From an uncultured Oligoflexus sp. (GTDB lineage: Bacteria; Bdellovibrionota_B; Oligoflexia; Oligoflexales; Oligoflexaceae): DNA of 31,660 nt. Location of the stretch: positions 1 through 31,660 of the forward strand of contig CAXSGP010000054.1 in NCBI GenBank assembly GCA_964236955.1, written 5' to 3'. Positions 18,341 through 26,858 of the stretch are shown piece after piece. Position 1 is the first letter of the stretch. Each line of letters starts with the position of its first letter. The position numbers were made by a program, and so were the translations under genes. The notes under the pieces are model-generated. The model was not told where the DNA came from and did not search any database. It saw nothing but the letters and a program-made list of their open reading frames with translations.

Positions 18341-18955
18341 TTATTTTTTGTGGTAGGGGATACTTTCGTCTACCTGAGTGGGACGTTCGCCTGTTTGCTT
18401 CAGAAGGAGGGCGAACGATTTACCGAAGAAAAGAGTGCCATCGCGGTCATCATAAATTTCTGGGATAACATCACCTTTTTTGATTGTAAAGCCATTGCAA
18501 TCCAAGCCGCCAATGCTCACTTCCTGACCTATAACCCAGTCTTTTTTACCGCAAAATGAAGAAGCGTTCATGGTTGTAACGATAGCCTCAGTCCCTGGAG
18601 TCAAAAACGCGTCATTAACCGAAAAATTCAATAATTCTAGGGTCTGATCCGCTGGGTTTTTACCTTTGTCCTGAGCTGTGCCTTTCACTTTGTAAGTCAG
18701 TGAGGGAGCATCCGCACACTCACTTCCGGAGTAATAAACCTCTTTCTTATCAAAGTCGCCAAGTCTGCTAAAGGCAAGTTCACGGTCGGTAGAACTTAAT
18801 CCAAGAACACCGTTTTTTGTACAATCTGTGTTGTAGGTTCCGGCCAATGCGGTTGGGATTTCCTCGATGGTCTGTCCGTCATTTTTATTATCTTTTCCAC
18901 AGGCAGCGACCAGCATTCCTAGAGACAAGACTGAAGTAAAAATTGCAGTTTTCAT
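18341..18955 (-). CDS. Hypothetical Cys-containing lipoprotein
   Basis: MKTAIF...VAA-C lipobox; four further Cys; beta-rich pattern. Confidence 0.82.
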   Translation of the reverse strand: MKTAIFTSVLSLGMLVAACGKDNKNDGQTIEEIPTALAGTYNTDCTKNGVLGLSSTDRELAFSRLGDFDKKEVYYSGSECADAPSLTYKVKGTAQDKGKNPADQTLELLNFSVNDAFLTPGTEAIVTTMNASSFCGKKDWVIGQEVSIGGLDCNGFTIKKGDVIPEIYDDRDGTLFFGKSFALLLKQTGERPTQVDESIPYHKK

Positions 18956-19012
18956 TGATAACCCCTTAGTTTGTTTGATTGGAACCAAAAGCCCTATAGG
19001 TAGACCGCGGAG

Positions 19013-19615
19013 TTAACGTCCGCTGGTCTTACTGGGTATCGCTTGATGCTGAACGATGACGACGGCTTTGCCAGGGCCACCCCTACCGTCTAAATCTTTC
19101 GCCAGGGCCCGAATTTTTGCCTCTGTGGCTGTATCAGGAGCCGATAAACGAGGATCAACCTTAGCGTCTTTGGACGGAAAGAACAGTGAGAGCCACCCTG
19201 TATCTTCCCCCATAGTGTAGCTAGTGATGGCCTTGTACGTCATCGGACGTAATACTTCTTTAATGGCTAAAGCTCTTTTGTCAGCGAGTTTCACCTGACC
19301 CAAAGGTAGTTTCAAACCTTCGCCTTCCCGTTCTCGATCCGACCAGGCAGCAACGATGATGCTGGTCACCTCCGAATCCGATAAGACGCTTTTGTAGACA
19401 GCCCGGATATTTCTTAGTTCGGCTTCGGTAAGGGCAGAACCACCTTTGGCAAAATTTACCGTCGTCATATCTTTATCGATGAGATCATAAAAAGTGGTTT
19501 GCGCTGACTCCAAGACTGAATTAAGGGCATTGTTGGCACTCTGCGTTTCCGCTTCAGCATGGCCTAGAGAGCTAAAGGATAAACTCATCAAGACAAATAT
19601 TTTGTGGTGATTCAT
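19013..19615 (-). CDS. Secreted protein with non-canonical OmpA_C-like domain
   Basis: Signal peptide (..GHA); 'VNFAKGGSALT...IIVAAWSD...KLADKRALAIKEVL' parallels OmpA F..gs..L / GHTD / LS..RA..V. Confidence 0.65.
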   Translation of the reverse strand: MNHHKIFVLMSLSFSSLGHAEAETQSANNALNSVLESAQTTFYDLIDKDMTTVNFAKGGSALTEAELRNIRAVYKSVLSDSEVTSIIVAAWSDREREGEGLKLPLGQVKLADKRALAIKEVLRPMTYKAITSYTMGEDTGWLSLFFPSKDAKVDPRLSAPDTATEAKIRALAKDLDGRGGPGKAVVIVQHQAIPSKTSGR

Positions 19616-19674
19616 TCCAGACCCCTTAACCCGACTCAAGCAAACTGTCTTCCACCGATAGGCAAAGTTACTAA

Positions 19675-19690
19675 AGCAGTATCCGTGCCA
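19675..19690 (-). promoter_or_regulatory. sigma54 -24/-12 promoter
   Basis: TGGCACGGATACTGCT (GG-N10-GC), 59 bp upstream of OmpA-like ATG. Confidence 0.75.
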
Positions 19691-19805
19691 AAATTCTAAT
19701 TCGTGATATAGATGCCTTTCGTCCCCGATCTTAAGCTTTCAAACGCTCTACCTGTAGTCCAGACCCTTCACTGAACGATACAGGTTGCCCTTAGTGTTAA
19801 AGGCC

Positions 19806-19839
19806 AAAAAAAAAGAGCACCGCTGAAGGTGCACTTTTT
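19806..19839 (-). terminator. Intrinsic terminator after csbD
   Basis: Minus strand AAAAAGTGCACC-ttcagc-GGTGCTCTTTTTTTTT. Confidence 0.75.
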
Positions 19840-19857
19840 ACTGAGGAATATAACAGG

Positions 19858-20061
19858 CTAGAGTTTAACGGATCTTAGAAAAGAACTGACTGAATCGCGA
19901 GCCTGTTCCCGGGCCCAACCATAACGGTTTTGAATACGCCCTTCGAGTTCATTCAGACGCCCGCCAATTTCTTCTAGGTCATCGTCGGTGAGTTTGTTCC
20001 AGTTCGCTTGGATGGAACATCGTATTTCTTTCCATCGTCCCTGCATGACATCGGTATTCAT
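19858..20061 (-). CDS. csbD: CsbD/YjbJ family general stress protein
   Basis: MNTDVMQGRWKEI...WNKLTDDDLEEIGG...LEGRIQNRYG; AAGGA RBS. Confidence 0.93.
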   Translation of the reverse strand: MNTDVMQGRWKEIRCSIQANWNKLTDDDLEEIGGRLNELEGRIQNRYGWAREQARDSVSSFLRSVKL

Positions 20062-20100
20062 GGGGCTATTTCCTTTTATGAGGGCAAAAATAGTCGCCTT

Positions 20101-20274
20101 TTAAATCCGACGTCCACGCCCACTGACGTGAAAAACGGTGGTGACAATAAAGAGAACCAGGCCAACCCAAAAGAGAATCTGAGCAATACCAGCTGCGCTG
20201 CCTGCGATGCCACCAAATCCTAAAAATGCTGCTATGAGTGCAATGACAAAAAATGTTACGGCCCAACTTAACAT
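20101..20274 (-). CDS. DUF1328 (YtjA/UPF0391) small membrane protein
   Basis: [42 protein letters not shown] before ATG 20274. Confidence 0.93.
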   Translation of the reverse strand: MLSWAVTFFVIALIAAFLGFGGIAGSAAGIAQILFWVGLVLFIVTTVFHVSGRGRRI

Positions 20275-20329
20275 ATTAAACCTCTTATTAATGAATTCCA
20301 TTTCAAAGTCCTGTCCACATTCAGCCTTA

Positions 20330-20345
20330 TGCGAAATGCGTGCCA
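20330..20345 (-). promoter_or_regulatory. sigma54 -24/-12 promoter
   Basis: TGGCACGCATTTCGCA (GG-N10-GC), 55 bp upstream of DUF1328 ATG. Confidence 0.75.
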
Positions 20346-20460
20346 CAGACTAATTTTTAGGCTGACCCTAGCCCTGACCACTCCGTCGCAAAAATCATAC
20401 AGCTCTTGGTCACTGCCTGGACACGCGATCCACCAAGAGCCTTTAAAGTTTAATGGGCCT

Positions 20461-20494
20461 AAAAAAAACGACCGAGGCTTAAGCTGCCCCGGTC
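20461..20494 (-). terminator. Intrinsic terminator after HPt gene
   Basis: Minus strand GACCGGGGC-agcttaa-GCCTCGGTC-GTTTTTTTT. Confidence 0.75.
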
Positions 20495-20514
20495 TATTGG
20501 CTTTTGAATTTTAA

Positions 20515-20880
20515 TTAAGGATTGCTAAGTTGCGACATGCCCGCTTCGATTTTCTTACAGGTACGGAAAATCGCTTCGATGGACATAGCAATGTTACCCT
20601 CAACCCCTGCAGGGGAACCTGAAGCCATTTCAATCTTGCCGGCAATTTCGGCAAGCGAGGGATAGCCATAGGTGGCCGCTGCTCCCCTTAACTGATGCAT
20701 CAGCTGTGCGAGATCCTTCCAACTCTTGGCTTCGAAGGCCCTACGGCTTAGGACGATACGTTCATCGAGGCAGGATACAAAATCCTGAAGCAGATCCCGA
20801 TAGATAAGCTGGTCCTTATAAAGAGAAAATATAACGTCTGAGCTGATATCGGTCACTTCAAACCCCGTCCCATAATCCAT
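20515..20880 (-). CDS. Stand-alone HPt (histidine phosphotransfer) protein
   Basis: 'LMHQLRGAAATYGYPSLAEIAGKIE' matches HPt H-x-L-(K/R)-G motif. Confidence 0.88.
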   Translation of the reverse strand: MDYGTGFEVTDISSDVIFSLYKDQLIYRDLLQDFVSCLDERIVLSRRAFEAKSWKDLAQLMHQLRGAAATYGYPSLAEIAGKIEMASGSPAGVEGNIAMSIEAIFRTCKKIEAGMSQLSNP

Positions 20881-20928
20881 TTAAAAAGCACAAGCTTCAA
20901 TCGAGGCCTCACTCATAGCGACAAGGCT

Positions 20929-22386
20929 TTAGCGGAATTCGTCAACATGAAGATCATAACGTTCCAGCAGGCGATAGATGTCAGCGCGGTAGCGGCCCGC
21001 ACGCTTGGAAGTTTCCGAGATATTGCCACCGGTATCATTGAGCAGGGACTCGAGATAGATCTTCTCAAAAGCCTGTTTCGCTTCAGTCAGAGGCAGTTGA
21101 AAGATTTTTTCATCGATATCGGCTTCTATCATCGATGCATGATTGGACGTGGACCGCGTGGTCTCGGCAGCAGGCGTGACGCTGACTGCGGCTGCCGTTT
21201 TCTTCGGAGCATTGTTAGGTAAATGCAGATGCTGAAAGAGGTCTTCGACTCGAATATGATCGTTTTGAGTAAGCACGACCGCACGTTCAATAGCGTTTCG
21301 GAGCTCCCGGATGTTACCAGGCCAATCATAAGCGATCAAACGCCGCATTACGCTGTCGGCTGGCATGGTGATATTGCGATTGAAACGTTGATTGAACTCG
21401 TTGACGAATGATTCCACCAATAGGGGGATATCTTCCTTACGATGACGCAGCGGTGGAATGTAGAGGGGCACCACCGAAAGACGGTAGTAAAGATCCTCTC
21501 GGAAGCGGCCGCTTTGGACTTCTTCTATTAAGTCTCTATGGGTAGCGGCAATGACCCGCGTCTGAATTTTGATAGGAGTGGCTGAACCCACTGGCGTGAC
21601 AACCCGTTCTTGAAGGACACGCAGAAGTTTAGCCTGGAGGCTTAAGGGCATATCACCGATTTCATCAAATAAAAGCGTTCCGTTTGAACAAAGCTCCAAA
21701 ATACCTTTTCTGTCGACTTTAGCATCGGTAAACGCGCCGCGCTTGTGGCCGAAAAGTTCAGACTCAAGTAGGTTTTCGGGAATGGCAGCACAGTTAATCG
21801 CTTCAAAACGTTCGGCGGAGCGGTTGGATATTTTGTGCAAGGATCTGGCGATTACTTCTTTACCGGTCCCCGACTCGCCAAGGAGCAGGATCGTGGAATC
21901 GACATTTTTAAGCTGCTGCAGGCGCTGGCAGAGCTCTTGAAAAGCTTTGCTGTTGCCGATCATACCGACGCGAGCGAACTCACTGCCGTTCAAATCGGGT
22001 GGGATAATATCGGCCACCAGAGTATGTTTTTTAATTTGCGCGGCGATTTCTTCCGGTGCCGTGTCTTTGGTAATATAGCCAGTGGCACCGTTTTGCAGAG
22101 CCCAGATCGCGGTTTCAAGCGAGGCGTGTGCCGTCAGAACGAAGACCTTGGAGAGGGGCGATTTCGAAACGAGATAGGGCAGACCATCGAGCCCGTTTTC
22201 GTGCCCCAGGTTAAGGTCAAGCAGGACCGCATCGATAGAATAGCGAGAGACAAAGTCTTTCATCTCATCAAGATTATGGGCGAGATCAACGAGGAACCCG
22301 GCTTCCGACAACGCGAGCTTCCAAAAAGCGCAGGTTTGTCTATCATCATCGACAATCAGCAGGCGTCCATAATATTCATTTGGCAT
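20929..22386 (-). CDS. sigma54-dependent response regulator (REC-AAA+-HTH, NtrC-like)
   Basis: LIVDDD, LLDLNL; GESGTGKE, INCAAIP, ESELFGH, GAFTDA, LFDEIG, FREDLYYRL, WPGNIREL; Fis-type HTH; start could be upstream. Confidence 0.95.
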   Translation of the reverse strand: MPNEYYGRLLIVDDDRQTCAFWKLALSEAGFLVDLAHNLDEMKDFVSRYSIDAVLLDLNLGHENGLDGLPYLVSKSPLSKVFVLTAHASLETAIWALQNGATGYITKDTAPEEIAAQIKKHTLVADIIPPDLNGSEFARVGMIGNSKAFQELCQRLQQLKNVDSTILLLGESGTGKEVIARSLHKISNRSAERFEAINCAAIPENLLESELFGHKRGAFTDAKVDRKGILELCSNGTLLFDEIGDMPLSLQAKLLRVLQERVVTPVGSATPIKIQTRVIAATHRDLIEEVQSGRFREDLYYRLSVVPLYIPPLRHRKEDIPLLVESFVNEFNQRFNRNITMPADSVMRRLIAYDWPGNIRELRNAIERAVVLTQNDHIRVEDLFQHLHLPNNAPKKTAAAVSVTPAAETTRSTSNHASMIEADIDEKIFQLPLTEAKQAFEKIYLESLLNDTGGNISETSKRAGRYRADIYRLLERYDLHVDEFR

Positions 22387-22942
22387 ATCTATACATCCAA
22401 AATCTTGGTGTTCGAGAAAGTTAGAACAAGGCATCACAGACGATCTGACGCCGAAATCTTATTATCATAGAAACGAGGGGGGTGTTAGCAAGACCCTTCA
22501 GTAGTCTCCACAGTACAATGCATTAAGTCGTTGTCTTTAGAACAATAAACATAATTTGGGAAGAAATCGCCGGAATTCAGTTTATCATTCTTCTCCCTTC
22601 CAATCATGTCAATTAGGCTATTAGCACGTCTTTTATATGCCATTAGAATATATTTCCATGCTTGGCAAGCTGTTTTTTGGCCGAGCTCTTTTTTTGATGC
22701 CCAGCACCAGTCGATGGGGTCAGGCCAGCGGGGAGCTTATGGCCTTGCTAATTGCAGGTAACGTTGTAATTAGGGCGATGATATCAGTATGATATTTTAA
22801 TATGAAAAGGCAGGAGGCCGGACGTAAAGGCATTTTCCGAGACTTCTCCTCGCAAAATCCTAAATAATTCGATCTTCCATTGTTCTGAAACCTGAATATT
22901 TTTTTCTTTCCTTTGATTCCTCCAGGCCAAGGACCACAGTAT

Positions 22943-24100
22943 ATGCGCTTTTGTTTTGTACTTCCTTATCTCGACGAGCAAAGAAATAGCTTTTCAAAAC
23001 TGTTGGCGCCTTTGGCCAGGGAACTGCTGGGTCTGGGGCATGACGTTACGATACTATCAGGAAATACCGGCTATACGGGTGAATTTTCCAATCAGCATCG
23101 ATCCCTTACCCTACGCTTTGCACGCATCGCTTTTATTCAGGTCCTCTTTTTTGTAGCCGGCACCAGTCTTTGGTTATGGAAAAGGCGCAAAAGTTTTGAC
23201 GTGATTCATAATCTTGGAATCGGCAGCACGCTTTATCAAAACGTGTTAACGGCTCATGCCTGCCATCGGGCTTGGTTGGCCGTCAAGTGGCGAAAAAAGC
23301 AATACTTTACGCTTTTTTTAAACCCATTGCATCCCATCACCATTGCCGTGGAAAGCTTTAACTACAGGCGCCGGATTCCCATCATTGCTGTCTGTCAAAG
23401 TCTGGCGCATGAAATTGCTCACTATTACCCCAAGACCAAAGACAGAATCCAGGTCATCAATAACGGGGTCGATCATCCCAAAGGCATCGTCCCCACGCCT
23501 CGCATCGATAGGGCCAGGCCAGGATTGATCATTGGATTTGCTTCCAACGATCACGGTAAGAAAGGGCTATTTGAGCTTGTCGATGCCTTAGAACTCGCGC
23601 ATAACCGGGGCCAAATCTGGTATGTGCATGTTTTGGGCAGTGATCCGAGGCAAAAGATTTGGCAAAGCTACGTCGATGCCAAGAAGCTGTCGGACTTTGT
23701 TGTGTTTGCGGGGCATGTGAAGGCGATAAGAAATTATTTTGCGGCTGTGGATGTCTTCTGTCTGCCCAGTCACTATGAACCTTTTGGCCTCGTCTTTCTT
23801 GAGGCGGCTCAGGTGGCTTGCCCGATTGTCGGCACGGCCCTGGGTGTGTGTCCCGACCTGATGCAAAGTTTCGGAGACCACCGTCTGCACCCCTTGGCTC
23901 TTCCTTTAAAGGTTGAGGCCCTCTATGAGCAGCTTGCCTTACTCGCCAGTACGCCGAAGTTAAGAGCCGAACTTGGTAAACACGTGCAGACTGAAGCTCG
24001 GCGCTTTTCCGACCGGAATATGGTGAGGGAGCAGCTCGCATTCTATCAAAAAATGTTTGGGTCTTCTTCCGTTCCGACGAAATCTTTATTTCGCACCTAG
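22943..24100 (+). CDS. GT4 family glycosyltransferase
   Basis: INNGVD, KKGL, DVFCLPSHYEPFGLVFLEA; AAGGA RBS. Confidence 0.9.
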   Translation: MRFCFVLPYLDEQRNSFSKLLAPLARELLGLGHDVTILSGNTGYTGEFSNQHRSLTLRFARIAFIQVLFFVAGTSLWLWKRRKSFDVIHNLGIGSTLYQNVLTAHACHRAWLAVKWRKKQYFTLFLNPLHPITIAVESFNYRRRIPIIAVCQSLAHEIAHYYPKTKDRIQVINNGVDHPKGIVPTPRIDRARPGLIIGFASNDHGKKGLFELVDALELAHNRGQIWYVHVLGSDPRQKIWQSYVDAKKLSDFVVFAGHVKAIRNYFAAVDVFCLPSHYEPFGLVFLEAAQVACPIVGTALGVCPDLMQSFGDHRLHPLALPLKVEALYEQLALLASTPKLRAELGKHVQTEARRFSDRNMVREQLAFYQKMFGSSSVPTKSLFRT

Positions 24101-24150
24101 GGGGCGCCGCGCCCGACTCTGGATGCCGGGTTCTTGGGCAGAAATCCTTA

Positions 24151-25305
24151 TCATCGCACCTGCCCGGCGATTTCAAGAAAAATAGTAGCAAATTTTTTCG
24201 CAATGATTTGATTGGTATAATGCTCACCCGCACGAACTTTTGCGGCGAGCGCCAGGCGTTCTAGCAGCGCGCGGTCTCTATCCAGCAGGCCGATGCACCG
24301 CGCAATATCTTCAATATTCTGCTCTTTATGAATCAATCCCGCCTCGCCTATAACAAAGGGAATTTCTCCAGAGTCGGAGCCGATGGGTACGGTACCGCTC
24401 AGCATTGCCTCGACCAGGACCCGTCCGAACTGCTCTTTCCAATTCTCACGCGTGTGGGACGAAAGCACTAAGGCATCGGCTATTCCAATATAGCTATATA
24501 CGGACAAGGATGGAACCGAGCCTATTAGATGGACCTGGGATTGGACCTGAAGCTGTTCGGCCCGAGCAAGCAATTGCGCCTTGTAGGGTCCATCACCAAG
24601 CAGAAGCAGGTGAATATCGGGTTGGTCCTTTTTCAATTGGGCCAGGGCTTCGATGACATCCTGAATGCCTTTTTCTTCAACAAATCGCCCGGCGAAGGCC
24701 AGAATCAGAGACTTGCCCGACAGCCCGAGCCTGGTCACGATCTCGGATCGAAACCGGTCCTGGTTTTTCTGCGCATTGGCGATCGCTTCGGCATCGGCAC
24801 CCATTTGTGGAATGACGGCCCCTTTGCCTTGGTAGCCTTTGAGGCGAAGGATAGCAAGCGCCTCTTGATTGCCCGTTACTGCGTAGGAGGAGTTTCTGAA
24901 CACATAGGATTCTATCATCGAAAACGGAGGTGGATATTTCTTATTGATGTTTTGCCAGGTGTAAAACAGACATTTTGCGCCCATTGCCTTCGCCGCTCGG
25001 ATTGCCTGGAAGGTGACGAAGGAATAATGCTCCTCCTCTATATTGACAATATCAGGTTTAAATTCCGCCATGGCCTGGCGCAGACCTTGGTAATAGTGAA
25101 AATGATTTTTGCCATTTAGGGCTATATCGAGTGTTCGCAACCAGTAAGTCTGGTCGGCTAGCGCTTCGAATTTTTGACCCGCCCAACTCCTACCGGTGAT
25201 CAGGCCAACTTCAAAGCGGGGATCCTCAGCAAGATAACGGAATTTTTGCCGATAGGCTGCCGCCACGTACGGTTTGGAAATGGTAAGGACTCGCAATTTA
25301 CTCAT
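24151..25305 (-). CDS. GT4 family glycosyltransferase
   Basis: FAGRFVEEKG, WKEQFGRVLVEAM, GSDSGEIP; ATGA overlap with upstream ligase gene. Confidence 0.92.
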   Translation of the reverse strand: MSKLRVLTISKPYVAAAYRQKFRYLAEDPRFEVGLITGRSWAGQKFEALADQTYWLRTLDIALNGKNHFHYYQGLRQAMAEFKPDIVNIEEEHYSFVTFQAIRAAKAMGAKCLFYTWQNINKKYPPPFSMIESYVFRNSSYAVTGNQEALAILRLKGYQGKGAVIPQMGADAEAIANAQKNQDRFRSEIVTRLGLSGKSLILAFAGRFVEEKGIQDVIEALAQLKKDQPDIHLLLLGDGPYKAQLLARAEQLQVQSQVHLIGSVPSLSVYSYIGIADALVLSSHTRENWKEQFGRVLVEAMLSGTVPIGSDSGEIPFVIGEAGLIHKEQNIEDIARCIGLLDRDRALLERLALAAKVRAGEHYTNQIIAKKFATIFLEIAGQVR

Positions 25306-26525
25306 AGCCTGAGTGTCTCACTGTTGGATGGGTTATCGGGGTCATCCCTAAGGCGCATCGCATAGATCATGGAAAAGAGGGTCATGAGGGCGAATCTCAC
25401 TTCGCTATCGAAGTACGCGTTTTGCGTCAGACCTCCAAAAAATAGGCAGACTAGGGTCAAATCCCTTATGGAGCGCAGGGTGGATGAACTTTTTCGCCAG
25501 TTAAAATGCACGCTAATTAACCATGATAGAAACGCCAGGGCAGCGGGAATTCCTCCCTCGGCAGCTAACTGCAAGAGTTGATTGTGGGCTTCATAGGCCT
25601 TTTTAAAACCGTGCAGGCCAATTGCCTCGTAATAGGAAATCCTATAGTTGCGGTCAAGATTGATACCATGTCCGAGCAAAGGCCGTTCCTTGACCATGTT
25701 CCAGTGAACAATCCAAAAGGCAATGCGATCATCGGCATAGGGACTTTCTTTTTCTTCGGAAATCTGGCTTGTCATCGACTTAAAGCGCTGTGAGATTATA
25801 TTTTTGCTGGAAAATATGCCGATAAACCCTGCCACCATCCCGCCGATCAGGATGCAGCGGACCCGGCCCTTAAAGTAGTAAAGGGTAAAGCCGACCGTTG
25901 CACAGATTGCGACGGCCTGAGCCGTGCGGGAAGCCGAAAAGTAGAGCAAAATCAGGTTGGCCAGAGCCTGGAGGTAACGGGAAGGATTTCGGAACTCTTT
26001 GCATAAAAGGACCAGATGAAAGGGCCAGATCATGAGTGCTACGTAAGCAAGGGTAAGGGGGTGCGAATAGAATCCTTGAGATCTTTTGAAAAAGTCACCC
26101 CGGATCAATTCGACACCCTGAATTTTCCAGCCCCAAAGATTTTGTGAGAACACGACGATAGCCCAGAGGATCATCATAACAAGCCAGAGCCGATCGAGCC
26201 TTTTGATTCCCTCGAACGACAGGGGGCGGCAGAGGGCGAAGAGACTTGGCACCAGTAAAAGAGGTATATAGCCGATAAAATTGCTATAGATATCGAATTC
26301 CGGATTTTTGGCATTGAGCAGAGTCGCGATTAACGGCAGCACGATGACACTCAGCAAAAAAGCTTGGCTGATTTTTTCTCTCTTAGTCAATAATCCAGGC
26401 AGGCTTTTTAATTGACGCCGCTGGGTGAACACCAAGAAAAAGCTAGACACTGCAGCCGCAATACTCTGAGGACTTGTCCCTAATGGAAGGCAAAGCATCA
26501 AAAGGACAAAAGGAAATAGATTCAT
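25302..26525 (-). CDS. O-antigen ligase/polymerase (Wzy_C) family protein
   Basis: Multiple TM helices; FSASRTA, DRIAFW...MVKERPLLGHG, AHNQLLQLAAEGG. Confidence 0.88.
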   Translation of the reverse strand: MNLFPFVLLMLCLPLGTSPQSIAAAVSSFFLVFTQRRQLKSLPGLLTKREKISQAFLLSVIVLPLIATLLNAKNPEFDIYSNFIGYIPLLLVPSLFALCRPLSFEGIKRLDRLWLVMMILWAIVVFSQNLWGWKIQGVELIRGDFFKRSQGFYSHPLTLAYVALMIWPFHLVLLCKEFRNPSRYLQALANLILLYFSASRTAQAVAICATVGFTLYYFKGRVRCILIGGMVAGFIGIFSSKNIISQRFKSMTSQISEEKESPYADDRIAFWIVHWNMVKERPLLGHGINLDRNYRISYYEAIGLHGFKKAYEAHNQLLQLAAEGGIPAALAFLSWLISVHFNWRKSSSTLRSIRDLTLVCLFFGGLTQNAYFDSEVRFALMTLFSMIYAMRLRDDPDNPSNSETLRL

Positions 26526-26843
26526 GTAAGCTCAGCTCGTTGATTCAAGGCAATGGCCGTTGGTTAACTTGCCCGACTTGGGAACTGCCTATTAAAGGCT
26601 AGCAGTATGTATTGTAAACCTTAGGACCCAAAAATGGGTTAAAACAACCAAGGTGCCCTCGCGCCTTTACCCGATTCCCAAGACTTCCTCCGTATATTTT
26701 TAATGGACAAAATTTCATTACGCCCCTAAGCCCCCTGCTAAATTCCTCTTCCTTTGAGGCTAGCCAAAATGAATAAGGACCAAGGATCGAGCTGATTTTT
26801 TCGGCATTTTCAATTTTTCTTGGACACTCAAACTAATAATATA

Positions 26844-26858
26844 TTGAAATGATTATCA
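26844..26858. promoter_or_regulatory. Fur-box-like site
   Basis: TTGAAAT-G-ATTATCA; minus strand contains TGATAATCATT, the core of GATAATGATAATCATTATC. Confidence 0.45.

Noticed and set aside
22740..22756. sigma54-like TGGCCTTGCTAATTGCA upstream of GT4
   Set aside because: GG-GC spacing is 11, not the required 10
22808..22853. Possible c-di-GMP-I riboswitch (GGACGTAAAG, AGGAG/CTCCT stem)
   Set aside because: No GGCAAA/GNRA P2 element or receptor in the right order
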